64,000 nucleotides of DNA from an uncultured Planctomycetia bacterium (GCA_964373715.1 CAYJVR010000002.1:246937-310936), one strand, 5' to 3'. Positions 18,608 through 27,859 are shown, counted from the stretch's first letter. Made by a program: numbers and translations. The notes: generated by a model from the sequence alone, not told the origin.

Positions 18608-19245
18608 AACCCTCGCCCCGTGCCCCCCGCCCCGTGCCCCGAGGTTTGTTTATTACGTTGGAAGGCCCGGAGGGGGCCGGCAAGTCTACCCAGGGCAAGT
18701 TCTTAAGCCGGTGGCTGAAAGGCCGTGGGGTGAAAGTCCTCTTCACGAGGGAGCCGGGCGGGACAAAGACCGGCCAGCGCCTGCGTGGCATCCTGCTCGA
18801 TCACCGCTCCCTCGATATGAGCCCTTTTGTGGAGCTGTGCCTGTATGAAGCCAGCCGCGCGGTTTTGGTGAAACGGGTGATCCGTCCGGCGCTGAAAGAG
18901 GGAAAGGTCGTGATCGTGGACCGGTTCCAGGATTCCACCTGGGTGTACCAGGGGTTTGCCGGCGGAATGGAAACCGGGCTCATCGAAGCGATGGGCCGGC
19001 TCGCGATGGACGGATTGAAGCCGGACCTGACGCTTCTGCTCGATTTGCCGGTCCGCAAGGGACTGGCCCGCGTGACGAAGCCGAACCGGATGGAAGCGAA
19101 GCCGGTCTCTTTCCATGAAAAGGTCCGGGCCGGGTACCTGAAACTGGCGAAGAAAGAAAAGAAGAGGTTCCGGGTGATCCGGGCCGACCGGCCGATCGGG
19201 AAGGTCCAGCAGGAGATCAGGGAAGCGGTGAAAGATGTCCTTTAA
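18604..19245 (+). CDS. tmk: thymidylate kinase
   Basis: P-loop LFITLEGPEGAGKSTQ. DRF motif region present. N-terminal Pro-rich stretch encoded by a C-rich repeat motif. Confidence 0.85.
   Translation: MKPSPRAPRPVPRGLFITLEGPEGAGKSTQGKFLSRWLKGRGVKVLFTREPGGTKTGQRLRGILLDHRSLDMSPFVELCLYEASRAVLVKRVIRPALKEGKVVIVDRFQDSTWVYQGFAGGMETGLIEAMGRLAMDGLKPDLTLLLDLPVRKGLARVTKPNRMEAKPVSFHEKVRAGYLKLAKKEKKRFRVIRADRPIGKVQQEIREAVKDVL
18611..18645 (+). repeat. C-rich copy of the G-run motif at the tmk 5' end
   Basis: CCCTCGCCCCGTGCCCCCCGCCCCGTGCCCCGAGG. Encodes PSPRAPRPVPRG. Confidence 0.6.
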
Positions 19246-20209
19246 GAACATCCTCGGGCATGAGGCGGCGATCCGCCTGATCAAGGGCCAGATCTCCAGG
19301 GAGAGGTTGGCGAGCACATACCTTTTTGCCGGCCCCACGGGGATCGGCAAAAAGACTCTTGCGCTGGAGTTGGCCAAGGCGCTCGAATGTTCCGACCCGT
19401 CGGAGGCTGGCGCCTGCGACGGGTGCGAGTCCTGCCTCAAGATCGGTCAGGGGACGTTCCCCGACGTGATGGAGGTGAAGTCCGATAAGGAAAGCGGCCA
19501 GCTGGGGATTGACCAGGTCCGGGTTCTCGCGAACTGGATGGCCCTGACCTCTTTCAGCGGGAAATGGAAGGTGGGGATCGTGGACAACGCCGACCTGTTC
19601 ACCGAGCAGGCGGCCCACGCCTGCCTGAAGCTTCTGGAGGAGCCGCCGCCGAAGGGGATCATCCTCCTCATCGCGGCCGCCCCGCAGAGGCTGCCTTCGA
19701 CGCTGGTCTCCCGATGCCATCTGGTCAGGTGCGCGCCGCAAGGGATCTCCCGGACCGCCGCTTATCTCGCCGAAAAAGGGAATGTGGAGCCGCGGCAGGC
19801 CGATTTGCTGGCCGCCGCCTCCGGAGGACGGCTCGGGCTGGCGCTGGAATTCCACCAGCAGGGCCGGCTCGATCTCCGCAATAAAGGGCTGAATTTACTA
19901 TTGGCCGCCTGGCGGCAGAAAGGGGTGGAAAGTCCTCTCGGGACGGCCCCGCGCGCCGAGATAGAGGAATCGCTCGAGTGGCTCGCCTCCTGGTGGCGCG
20001 ACCTGCTGGTGCTGAAGCTCGACGGAGATCCCCGGTGGCTTGTCCACCAGGACAAGCTCGAGGAGCTCCGGGCGGCCCAGGCCGATGTGGAAACCGAGGA
20101 GCTGATCGAGTGGATTGACACCGCGTACGGCGCGCAGGAAAGCATTCAAAGAAACGCTTCGCCCCGGATTGCTTTGGCCGCTCTGCTGAGCTGCTCCGCG
20201 GAGGCCTAG
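19235..20209 (+). CDS. holB: DNA polymerase III delta-prime subunit
   Basis: AAA+ clamp-loader fold with degenerate Walker A (YLFAGPTGIGKKTLA), Zn-module Cys (CDGCESC), and SRC-like motif (LVSRCHLVRC). Confidence 0.8.
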   Translation: MSFKNILGHEAAIRLIKGQISRERLASTYLFAGPTGIGKKTLALELAKALECSDPSEAGACDGCESCLKIGQGTFPDVMEVKSDKESGQLGIDQVRVLANWMALTSFSGKWKVGIVDNADLFTEQAAHACLKLLEEPPPKGIILLIAAAPQRLPSTLVSRCHLVRCAPQGISRTAAYLAEKGNVEPRQADLLAAASGGRLGLALEFHQQGRLDLRNKGLNLLLAAWRQKGVESPLGTAPRAEIEESLEWLASWWRDLLVLKLDGDPRWLVHQDKLEELRAAQADVETEELIEWIDTAYGAQESIQRNASPRIALAALLSCSAEA

Positions 20210-21739
20210 ATGGCCGAACCCTTTTACCTGACGACCCCCCTTTACTACGTCAACGCAAAGCCCCACCTCGGGCACGCCTACACGACAATGGTGGCCGACA
20301 CGTTCGCCCGGTGGCATCGCCAGCGGGGGGATGATGTCTTTTTGCTGACCGGCACCGACGAGCACGGACAGAAGATCGCGCAGGCGGCCGAGACGCAAGG
20401 GATCTCCCCGAAAGAGTTTGCCGACAAGACCTCCGAGACCTTCCGGTCTCTCTGGGAAAAACTCGGTATTTCCTACGACCACTTCATCCGGACGACCGAC
20501 CACCAGCACAAGAAAGCGGTTCAGACGGCGCTCGAGAAGCTCAAGCCTCATCTGGAGATGGGGAAGTTCTCCTTTTGGTACTGCGTGCCGTGCGAGACGA
20601 GCTACGGTTTGACTGAGATCGAGGCGGCGAAGCCGGTCTGCCCGATCTGTCAGCGGCCCGTGACGCAGGAGGAAGAAGAGGATTATTTCCTCCCGCTCGA
20701 GAAGCACCGGGCCTGGCTCAAGAAACATATCGAGGGAAACCCGTCCTTCATCCGGCCGGAATCACGCCGCAACGAGGTGCTCGGGATGCTCAACGACCCG
20801 TTACCGCCGCTGTGCATTACGCGCCCGAAGGAGCGGCTGACCTGGGGGATCGAGGTCCCGTTCAGCCCCGGGCACGTCACCTACGTCTGGGTGGATGCCC
20901 TGCTGAACTATGTGAGCGCGCTCGGTTGGCCCGACGGCCCGAAATTCGATCTCTATTGGAACAAGGCGGGCGCGATCCACTTGATCGGCAAGGACATCAT
21001 CCGGCACCACGCGCTCTACTGGCCGATCATCCTGCACTGCCTCGGGATCACGCCGCCCAAAATGATCTTCGCGCACGGTTGGTGGATGATCAAAGGGGAG
21101 AAGATGTCGAAGTCCAAGGGGAACATCGTCGAGCCGGAGGTGGCGGTGAACGACTACGGGCTCGACCAGTTCCGCTACTTCTTGCTCCGCGACGTGCCGT
21201 TCGGCGACGACGGTGTCTTCTCCGAGGAGGCGCTTATCAAGAGGATCAATGCCGACCTGGCCAACGACCTGGGCAACCTGGTGTACCGGACCCTCACGAT
21301 GATCGAGAAACACAACGGGGGCACAGTGCCGAACGGCTCCGTCGGTTCTGATCTGAAAGGCTGGACGAAAGAGGCGGCGGAAGGAGTGGCGAGCGGGCTT
21401 TCAGCGCTGGCGCCCGACGCCGCGCTGAAAGCCTTGTGGGAGCTGATCGGCCGGATGAATGCCTCGGTGGAGAAAACGGCCCCCTGGACGCTGGCGAAGG
21501 AAGGGAAGCGCCAGGAGCTTGAAAGCTTCCTTTACCAGATGGCGGAATCTCTGCGCGTGATCGCGCTGTTGGTCTGGCCGTTTCTGCCCGGTACCGCCGA
21601 GGGGATATGGAAGCAGATTGGCTTTGACTCCGACCTCTCGAAAGAACGGCTCCCCGCCGCGCTTGCCAAGCCGATTCCCACCGGCCAGGCGATAAGGAAA
21701 GGTAATCCGCTGTTCCCAAGGATTGAAGTGAAAGTGTAA
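20210..21739 (+). CDS. metG: methionyl-tRNA synthetase (short form, no C-terminal tRNA-binding domain)
   Basis: HLGHAYTT (HIGH), zinc knuckle CVPCETSY...CPICQ, KMSKS (KMSKSKGN). Confidence 0.9.
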   Translation: MAEPFYLTTPLYYVNAKPHLGHAYTTMVADTFARWHRQRGDDVFLLTGTDEHGQKIAQAAETQGISPKEFADKTSETFRSLWEKLGISYDHFIRTTDHQHKKAVQTALEKLKPHLEMGKFSFWYCVPCETSYGLTEIEAAKPVCPICQRPVTQEEEEDYFLPLEKHRAWLKKHIEGNPSFIRPESRRNEVLGMLNDPLPPLCITRPKERLTWGIEVPFSPGHVTYVWVDALLNYVSALGWPDGPKFDLYWNKAGAIHLIGKDIIRHHALYWPIILHCLGITPPKMIFAHGWWMIKGEKMSKSKGNIVEPEVAVNDYGLDQFRYFLLRDVPFGDDGVFSEEALIKRINADLANDLGNLVYRTLTMIEKHNGGTVPNGSVGSDLKGWTKEAAEGVASGLSALAPDAALKALWELIGRMNASVEKTAPWTLAKEGKRQELESFLYQMAESLRVIALLVWPFLPGTAEGIWKQIGFDSDLSKERLPAALAKPIPTGQAIRKGNPLFPRIEVKV

Positions 21740-21777
21740 TGCTCCCCTATTTACTACTGATGCCAAAATTGCAGAGA

Positions 21778-21804
21778 GGCAGTTCGGTGCCGGGGACCGA
21801 ACGG
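21778..21804 (+). terminator. weak hairpin downstream of metG
   Basis: GTTCGGT-gccgggg-ACCGAAC, a 7-bp stem without a clear U-tract. Confidence 0.25.
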
Positions 21805-21817
21805 TTAAAGCGAACCC

Positions 21818-21846
21818 TTGTATTTTGTTAAGCGCTGTGCGATAAT
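21818..21846 (+). promoter_or_regulatory. sigma70-type promoter for the toxin-antitoxin operon
   Basis: TTGTAT-N17-GATAAT with TG at the extended -10 position (TGcGATAAT), 40 nt upstream of the antitoxin ATG. Confidence 0.5.
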
Positions 21847-21848
21847 TG

Positions 21849-21870
21849 ATGTAGTCACGAATGTAGTCAC
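21849..21870 (+). promoter_or_regulatory. tandem direct repeat (ATGTAGTCAC x2, 12-bp register) overlapping the transcription start; candidate antitoxin operator
   Basis: Exact 10-bp repeat, one helical turn apart, immediately downstream of the -10 element. Confidence 0.45.
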
Positions 21871-21886
21871 ATAAAGGGGCCAGGAA

Positions 21887-22165
21887 ATGGTGCAATTCGT
21901 CAATATTCGAGAGCTGAAGAGTCAGCTTTCCAAGGTTATTCGCCGGAGTAAAAAGGGAGATATAGTCGTTACTTCCCGCGGAAAACCTACGGCGATTTTG
22001 CATTCTGTATCCGAGGAAGATCTGGAAGATTACCTTCTGGCTCATTCCGAGAAATTTCAGAAGAGCCTCGAAGCATCTTATGCCGGATATAAGAGAAAAG
22101 GCGGCGTCTCGCTCGATAAATTGATTGCTGAGACCGAAAAGCAACTTGGCCGACTTCGACGTTGA
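21887..22165 (+). CDS. type II antitoxin, Phd/YefM family
   Basis: 92 aa. N-terminal IRELKSQLSKVIRR...DIVVTSRGKPTAIL typical of Phd/YefM. Overlaps the downstream toxin gene. Confidence 0.7.
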   Translation: MVQFVNIRELKSQLSKVIRRSKKGDIVVTSRGKPTAILHSVSEEDLEDYLLAHSEKFQKSLEASYAGYKRKGGVSLDKLIAETEKQLGRLRR

Positions 22166-22412
22166 ATATGCCCCGGCCGCGGCCCGTGACGTTAAGAAAT
22201 TAGACCCCGCCGTCCGAATCCAACTGCTTCGGTCATCGCGTGTTTTGGCGCAAAGCCCTTACCCGTCCGGCAGCAGCCGGATTAAGCCCTTGGTCGGCAT
22301 GACGCCGCCGCATTTCCGGCTGCGTGTCGGCGATTACCGGATTGTCTACCGGATTGAGGGGAAGAAAGTCATTGTGGTTCGGGTCGCCCATCGGCGAGAG
22401 GCCTACCGGTAA
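22146..22412 (+). CDS. type II toxin, RelE/ParE family
   Basis: FDVEYAPAAARDVKKLDPAV...GDYRIVYRIEGKKVIVVRVAHRREAY, the ParE/RelE fold signature. Probable TTG start at 22146 (the in-frame ATG at 22125 would overlap the antitoxin by 41 nt). Confidence 0.7.
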   Translation: MADFDVEYAPAAARDVKKLDPAVRIQLLRSSRVLAQSPYPSGSSRIKPLVGMTPPHFRLRVGDYRIVYRIEGKKVIVVRVAHRREAYR

Positions 22413-22477
22413 ATACCCTTCGACGGGTTCAGCGCGAGGTAGTGTCTCAGTTTTGGCATCAAGACGACCGTTCGTAC

Positions 22478-22691
22478 CGTCATTGCGAGGAGGCCCAAAG
22501 GGCCGACGCGGCAATCTCATGCAAAGTCAACTTACGGGTTGACGGGTTAGCGAGTTAGCCAGTTTACGTGTTGCGAGTGAGTGGGTTAACGGACAAACTC
22601 GCAAACAGGTCAACCGGCCAACGCTCTGTTTCAGAAGATGAGATGGCGCTCGTCGTCCGCCACAAGTCGAGGCGGACTCCTCGCAATGACG
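22478..22691. mobile_element. MITE-like non-autonomous element, copy B (214 bp, perfect 15-bp terminal inverted repeats)
   Basis: Left end CGTCATTGCGAGGAG (22478-22492), right end CTCCTCGCAATGACG (22677-22691). Internal GCAATCTCATG module plus the palindromic core shared with copies A and C. No ORF. Confidence 0.65.
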
Positions 22692-22748
22692 ATATCAGGT
22701 CTGGGCGAACGGTGGTTCAACTAACGTAGATTTGGTGCCGAGGGAACC

Positions 22749-23849
22749 ATGGATATTGTGCAGAAGCAGAGGGAGGGAGAAGGGCCGCCAGGCGGGCGAT
22801 TGAAGAAGGCGGCCCTTGTGTCTGCGCTTTCCCTGATGCTGGCCGGCGGTTTTGTGTTGATGTTCTGGGGCATGATCGCCTACAGGCCGCTGGACAGTTC
22901 GGAGATTTTTTTAAAGTCCATCCCGCTGAGCGTCCCGCTGATGCTGGTTTTCCTGTTTTATGCGGCGCGGTTGCTCCGGGGCCAACCGTCTCTGCGCCGT
23001 ACCCTCGTCTGGCTTGCCCTTTTTTCCGCGGTCGCTTTTCCTCTCTTCTTTTATAACCTCGGGGTCGTTATGAACGGGAGGCAGGATACCCGGCGGCCGC
23101 GCGACCATGTCGCCAAGGTGCTTAACAAACATTCTGTCCAGAGTAAAAACAGCACGGCATACCACGTGGAGGTGGAGTCCTGGGGAAAGAAGCGCAAGAC
23201 GGAACGCCTGCGTGTTTCAGGCCGTCTTTACAACAGCCTGGTCCCCGGCAAAAGCCGCCTGAATATCCGGACCAGTCCCGGGGCGCTGGAATGCGAGTGG
23301 ATTCGTTCGGTTCAGCTTTTCGATGGAGAGCCGTTCCGAACCGGCGGTGTCCAGCGGGCAGGCGGGCTGACCGTTGAGCAGGCGTTTGGGACGATGAATG
23401 TCGCCTACATCCCGTTTGATCCGTCGCTGGCCCGGATGGTTCCCGCTGAAAAAACGTTTCTCGAAAATTTATTTCAAAACATTGATTACGCGATCGTGGC
23501 GAGGGTTCATGTGATGGCCGGGCTTGAGCATAACCAGCGGATGGATGGTTTGATCGCCGAGTATCAGCGGGCGAAAGAGGAAATTCGCGGCCTGGAGGCA
23601 ACGGAACGGCTGAAGCCGGTTCAGGAGATTGTTCTTCAGGCGATGGAAGAGCAGGACGAATTTTTGCAGAAATGGAACCAAACGCCGGCGCTCGGGAACA
23701 AGCTTCAATTCGCCCGGCATCCGCTGGTCCTGAGCGCAAGCAATAAACTCCGCCGGGCGTATCAGGAACTGTTGGACCTCTATCCCCAAGAGAATGAAGG
23801 GACCAAGGCCACTTTTCACAACGAACTGTGCGCCCTCGATTTCATCTGA
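22749..23849 (+). CDS. hypothetical membrane protein (three N-terminal TM helices plus ~260-aa soluble domain with C-terminal coiled coil)
   Basis: ORF with codon usage typical of the region. No recognisable catalytic motif. Confidence 0.5.
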   Translation: MDIVQKQREGEGPPGGRLKKAALVSALSLMLAGGFVLMFWGMIAYRPLDSSEIFLKSIPLSVPLMLVFLFYAARLLRGQPSLRRTLVWLALFSAVAFPLFFYNLGVVMNGRQDTRRPRDHVAKVLNKHSVQSKNSTAYHVEVESWGKKRKTERLRVSGRLYNSLVPGKSRLNIRTSPGALECEWIRSVQLFDGEPFRTGGVQRAGGLTVEQAFGTMNVAYIPFDPSLARMVPAEKTFLENLFQNIDYAIVARVHVMAGLEHNQRMDGLIAEYQRAKEEIRGLEATERLKPVQEIVLQAMEEQDEFLQKWNQTPALGNKLQFARHPLVLSASNKLRRAYQELLDLYPQENEGTKATFHNELCALDFI

Positions 23850-23983
23850 GCCGCTTCGTCAGATTTCTCTGTGCCGGGTACCGAAGGGAACCAGTCGTCG
23901 GAGCAGGTGCAGTAACACTCGTGCCCCGTGTCTCTTGCCCCTTGCCCCATTTTTATCGTTGGTCGATCGGATTGCCGCGGCGG

Positions 23984-24805
23984 TTAGGCAGGTTTTTGCA
24001 GCGATGTTTGGTGATGGCCGGTGGCGGCGATCAGATTTTTTTCTTTGACTGCTTTGACGCAGGCGTCGATGACTTTCGAGTCGAACTGCGTGCCGGAGGA
24101 CCGCTTCAGTTCTTCGCAGGCCAGTTCGATCGAAATCGGATCCCGATAGGGCCGGTCGGAGATCATCGCGTCCAGCGCGTCGGCGACCGCAATAATCCGG
24201 GCCTCAAGCAGAATCTCTTCCCCTTTTAACCCTCTCGGGTAGCCTCGGCCGTCCCAACGCTCATGTTCCTGCAGCACCATTTGGGTCACCTTTTTCAGAG
24301 AAGCGATCGGCTCCAGGATACGAGCTCCCCAGACCGGATGCTGTTTAACGATCTCAATCTCTTCAGCGGTAAGGGGATCCGTTTTTCTTAAGATAGAGTC
24401 AGGCACGCCGATCTTGCCGAGATCGTGAAGTTTGCATCCCTGGATCAACGCCTCCATTTCGGCCGGCGGGAAGGAAAATTCCCGGGCGATGGCCTTGGCG
24501 TAGACAGCGACGTTGTGAGCGTGGGTGGAGAGATAATAATATTTAGCGGTTGAGGCTTCAACGAGCGATGTAACCACCTGAACGCAGGTGGCTTCCATCT
24601 GTTTGTGGGTTTCATGGAGCATGTGGGTCCGGTCCACGACCTTCTTCTCGACGTGGCTGTTCCAGTCAATGATCTGGCTTTTAAGCTGTTCGAGTTCGGC
24701 GTCCCGGTTTTTCAGCCGTTCGGTGAGGAGGGATACGATCCATGCGGCCGCGATAACCACCGCAAGGAGCAGCACTATCAAAAGAGACTGGGAAGAAAGG
24801 GTCAT
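23984..24805 (-). CDS. membrane-anchored HD-GYP domain protein (probable c-di-GMP phosphodiesterase)
   Basis: HD motif (LHDLGKIGVPD) and the HD-GYP signature ERWDGRGYPRGL. One N-terminal TM helix and a coiled coil. The only substantial minus-strand gene in the window. Confidence 0.75.
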   Translation of the reverse strand: MTLSSQSLLIVLLLAVVIAAAWIVSLLTERLKNRDAELEQLKSQIIDWNSHVEKKVVDRTHMLHETHKQMEATCVQVVTSLVEASTAKYYYLSTHAHNVAVYAKAIAREFSFPPAEMEALIQGCKLHDLGKIGVPDSILRKTDPLTAEEIEIVKQHPVWGARILEPIASLKKVTQMVLQEHERWDGRGYPRGLKGEEILLEARIIAVADALDAMISDRPYRDPISIELACEELKRSSGTQFDSKVIDACVKAVKEKNLIAATGHHQTSLQKPA

Positions 24806-24846
24806 CGGTTTCCTGGTTCTCCGGATAAGAGTATACTATACCGACC

Positions 24847-25989
24847 ATGATTTACTTGGACTATAACGCGACAAACCCTGTTCATCCCGATGTCCGCGCG
24901 GCGGTCGCCCGGTCGTTCGAAGAGGATTTCGGCAATCCCTCCTCTCTCCATGCCGCCGGCCGGATCGCCAGAGAGTTGGTGGAAGGGGCGCGGCGGCGGA
25001 TTTTGGCCGCTTTAGGGGACCCTCGGGGCCAGCTTGTTTTCACCTCAGGAGGAACGGAGGCGGATAACCTCGCGCTGAAAGGGCTCGTTCTCTCATTAAA
25101 AGAGAAAGGGGCTCATCTGGTTGTCTCGGCGGTGGAGCACCATGCGGTTCTTCACGCCGCTGAGGCGCTGAAGCAGAACGGAATGCGGATTTCGGCCGTA
25201 CCGGTGGACGGCCAAGGGGTGGTGGATATGGAGGCGCTCGAAAAAGCCATCACGCCCGACACAGCGCTGGTGTCGGTGATGCACGCCAACAACGAGGTGG
25301 GCACGGTCCAGCCGATCCGGGAGATCGCCCGGATTGTCCACCGCAAGGGGGTCTTGTTCCACTGTGACGCGGTTCAGTCGTTCGGCAAACTGCCGCTGGA
25401 CCTCTCCTCTCCGGAGGCGCCTGACGCGGTTTCTCTTTCGGGCCATAAGCTTGGGGGACCCAAAGGGGTCGGGGCTCTTTATCTGCGCGGCGGGCTTAAG
25501 ATCAGGCCGGTCCAGCATGGCGGTCCGCACGAAAGGAATTTGAGGGCCGGCACGGAGGGGGTGCCTGGGATCGCGGGGTTCGACGCGGCCGTGAAGGCCG
25601 CTTTCCGTCAGAAGGAGGAGGGGTGCGTGGAACGGATAGGGCAGCTGCGCGATCTTTTAGAGAAAGGTTTGCTTCAGAGGATGCCGGATGTCCGGGTCAA
25701 CGGGCATCCCACGCAGAGGCTTCCGGGCACCTTGAACGCCAGCTTTTTGGGCTGCAAAGGGGAGACCCTGCTGATGGCCTTCGATTTGGAGGGGATATGC
25801 GTTTCAACCGGGGCCGCCTGCTCTTCGGGATCCGGCGAGCCCTCCCATGTTTTAACGGCGATGGGTATCCCTCCTGACCAGGTGGAAGGGTCCATACGGT
25901 TTTCGCTGGGATGGGGAACGACGAAAGAAGAGATCGAGAAGTGTTTGAAACTGGTCCCGCCGATCGCCGCCAGAGCGAGGGGCGCATGA
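24847..25989 (+). CDS. iscS: cysteine desulfurase (NifS/IscS class V aminotransferase)
   Basis: MIYLDYNATNPV...SGHKLGGPKGVGALY (PLP-Lys) ... active-site Cys loop (STGAACSSG). Confidence 0.85.
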   Translation: MIYLDYNATNPVHPDVRAAVARSFEEDFGNPSSLHAAGRIARELVEGARRRILAALGDPRGQLVFTSGGTEADNLALKGLVLSLKEKGAHLVVSAVEHHAVLHAAEALKQNGMRISAVPVDGQGVVDMEALEKAITPDTALVSVMHANNEVGTVQPIREIARIVHRKGVLFHCDAVQSFGKLPLDLSSPEAPDAVSLSGHKLGGPKGVGALYLRGGLKIRPVQHGGPHERNLRAGTEGVPGIAGFDAAVKAAFRQKEEGCVERIGQLRDLLEKGLLQRMPDVRVNGHPTQRLPGTLNASFLGCKGETLLMAFDLEGICVSTGAACSSGSGEPSHVLTAMGIPPDQVEGSIRFSLGWGTTKEEIEKCLKLVPPIAARARGA

Positions 25990-26813
25990 CGATTGTTGAC
26001 ACGCATTGCCACTTGCACCGGGAGGAGTTCGATCCGGACAGGGAGGAGGTCCTCCGCCGCGCCCGTGAGGCGGGTGTTTCGGTGCTGATTGATCCGGCCA
26101 CCAACCTGGCATCCAATTATGCGGTGGTTTCCGAAGCGCAGAACTATCCGGACGTCTACGCGGCGGTCGGCATCCATCCCCATGACGCCGCCGAACTGAC
26201 CGGCCGGGCTCTGGAGGAGCTGAAGACGCTGGCCTCGAGGCCGAAGGTGGTCGCTGTGGGAGAGATCGGTCTGGACTACTACCGGAACCTCTGCCCCCGC
26301 TCCGTTCAGCACAAGGCGCTGAGGGAGCTTTTCCAGCTTGCCGGACTCCTGAAACTGCCGGTCATCATCCATTGCCGCGGAGAAGGGGCCGGCAACGCTT
26401 CCGCCGGAGAAGGAGGGGCGGTTTTCCGGGACCTCTTCGATTTGGTCAGGGAATGCCTCCCCCTTCCGGCAAGGGGGCTGCTGCATTGCTTTTCGGGAGA
26501 TTTGGACTCCGCGTTGGAGGCTCTTGAGCTGGGGTTCACCCTCTCGTTCGCGGGGAACCTGACGTTCATCAAGGCTGGCGCTTTAAGGGATGTCGCGCGG
26601 GAAGTCCCTTTCGACAGGGTTGTTTTGGAGACGGATGCCCCCTTTCTGGCGCCTCAAGCTTACCGGGGTAAGCGCAATGAGCCGGCCTATCTGACCGAGC
26701 TTGTCCGGACATGGGCCGACCTGCGCGGTTTGACGATGAAGGATGTGGCGCAGGAGACGGCGGTAAACACATTCCAGCTGTTCGGCATCCAACAGGGGGT
26801 TTCGACCGACTGA
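25986..26813 (+). CDS. tatD: TatD-family metal-dependent DNase/hydrolase
   Basis: IVDTHCHL N-terminal signature and later His/Asp metal ligands. Start overlaps the nifS stop (ATGA). Confidence 0.85.
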   Translation: MTIVDTHCHLHREEFDPDREEVLRRAREAGVSVLIDPATNLASNYAVVSEAQNYPDVYAAVGIHPHDAAELTGRALEELKTLASRPKVVAVGEIGLDYYRNLCPRSVQHKALRELFQLAGLLKLPVIIHCRGEGAGNASAGEGGAVFRDLFDLVRECLPLPARGLLHCFSGDLDSALEALELGFTLSFAGNLTFIKAGALRDVAREVPFDRVVLETDAPFLAPQAYRGKRNEPAYLTELVRTWADLRGLTMKDVAQETAVNTFQLFGIQQGVSTD

Positions 26814-27859
26814 TGAAACGCTTGACACGGCTTGACATCATCCTCGTGGCGGCTTTCTTCGCAACGACGTTTTTGTTGGCGGTGATCCATCCCCCTTCAG
26901 CGAAAGTCCGTAAGAACCAGCCTCGGGCGTCCGCAACTGCAGTCCAACGGTCCGAGAAAGAGGATTTGAAATTTCCATTTCCTTTTAAGATCCAGGAAAA
27001 GGAGATCGAGCAGAAGATAAAAAACAACCCCGTTCTTGCCGCGCGCTACCGGATGGTCTCGTTTTTTTTCACCTTGGTATCGATAGGGTCTCTTTTTTGC
27101 CTGGGCCACCTGGTCTACTGTTTTTTTACGGGGAAACGGTTTTACCAGCCCCTCGGAAGCCCGCCTCCGCCCAATTGGGGGTTGAGGGAGATCGTCCGTT
27201 TGGTTCTGCTGGTTCTCGTTGTCGCCCAAACGGCGATAATCCTCGAAATGCTCGCAGCCCGGGTCTGGCGTCCGGCATGGATGGACAGAAACGTTTTGGC
27301 TCTACTGAATACCGTCTTGATGGATGTCTCGGCGGCGCTCGGTGTTTGGTGGTTTTTAAGAAAGGTGTCCTCTCAGGCGGTTCCGCTGCGCCGGTGGAAG
27401 ACGGTTTCCTTCGCGATTTCCTGCTATTTAGTGTTTCTCCCGGGCTTCTTTATCCTGACCGCGGCGGTTGTCTCTTTTATGCAGAAGGTGAATATCGAGC
27501 CGGCGCCGCAGGCGGCTGTGACGATGTTCCTGTCGGAAAACCGGGCCTCGGTGATCTGGTGGCTGATGCTGTTGGCGACGGTCGGAGGACCGATCGCGGA
27601 AGAGCTCTTTTTCCGGGGGTTATTGTACCGCTACCTGCGCGTCCGGCTCGGTGTGGTCATGGGGCTGGCGGTCTCGGCCCTCCTTTTTTCCGCTTTGCAC
27701 GCCAACCTGCTGGCTCTTGTGCCGGTTTTTGCGCTGGGCCTCCTGCTCGGCTGGGTTTATGAAAAGACCGGCACGCTGCTCGCCCCGATGTCTATCCATA
27801 TCGCGCACAATGCCAGCATGCTGACGCTTGCCTCGGTGGTCAAGGACCTACTTGCTTGA
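26813..27859 (+). CDS. CPBP (CAAX protease / Abi) family intramembrane metalloprotease
   Basis: EExxxR motif (IAEELFFRGLL) and FxxxH motif (FSALHAN) within a polytopic membrane protein. Confidence 0.75.
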   Translation: MKRLTRLDIILVAAFFATTFLLAVIHPPSAKVRKNQPRASATAVQRSEKEDLKFPFPFKIQEKEIEQKIKNNPVLAARYRMVSFFFTLVSIGSLFCLGHLVYCFFTGKRFYQPLGSPPPPNWGLREIVRLVLLVLVVAQTAIILEMLAARVWRPAWMDRNVLALLNTVLMDVSAALGVWWFLRKVSSQAVPLRRWKTVSFAISCYLVFLPGFFILTAAVVSFMQKVNIEPAPQAAVTMFLSENRASVIWWLMLLATVGGPIAEELFFRGLLYRYLRVRLGVVMGLAVSALLFSALHANLLALVPVFALGLLLGWVYEKTGTLLAPMSIHIAHNASMLTLASVVKDLLA

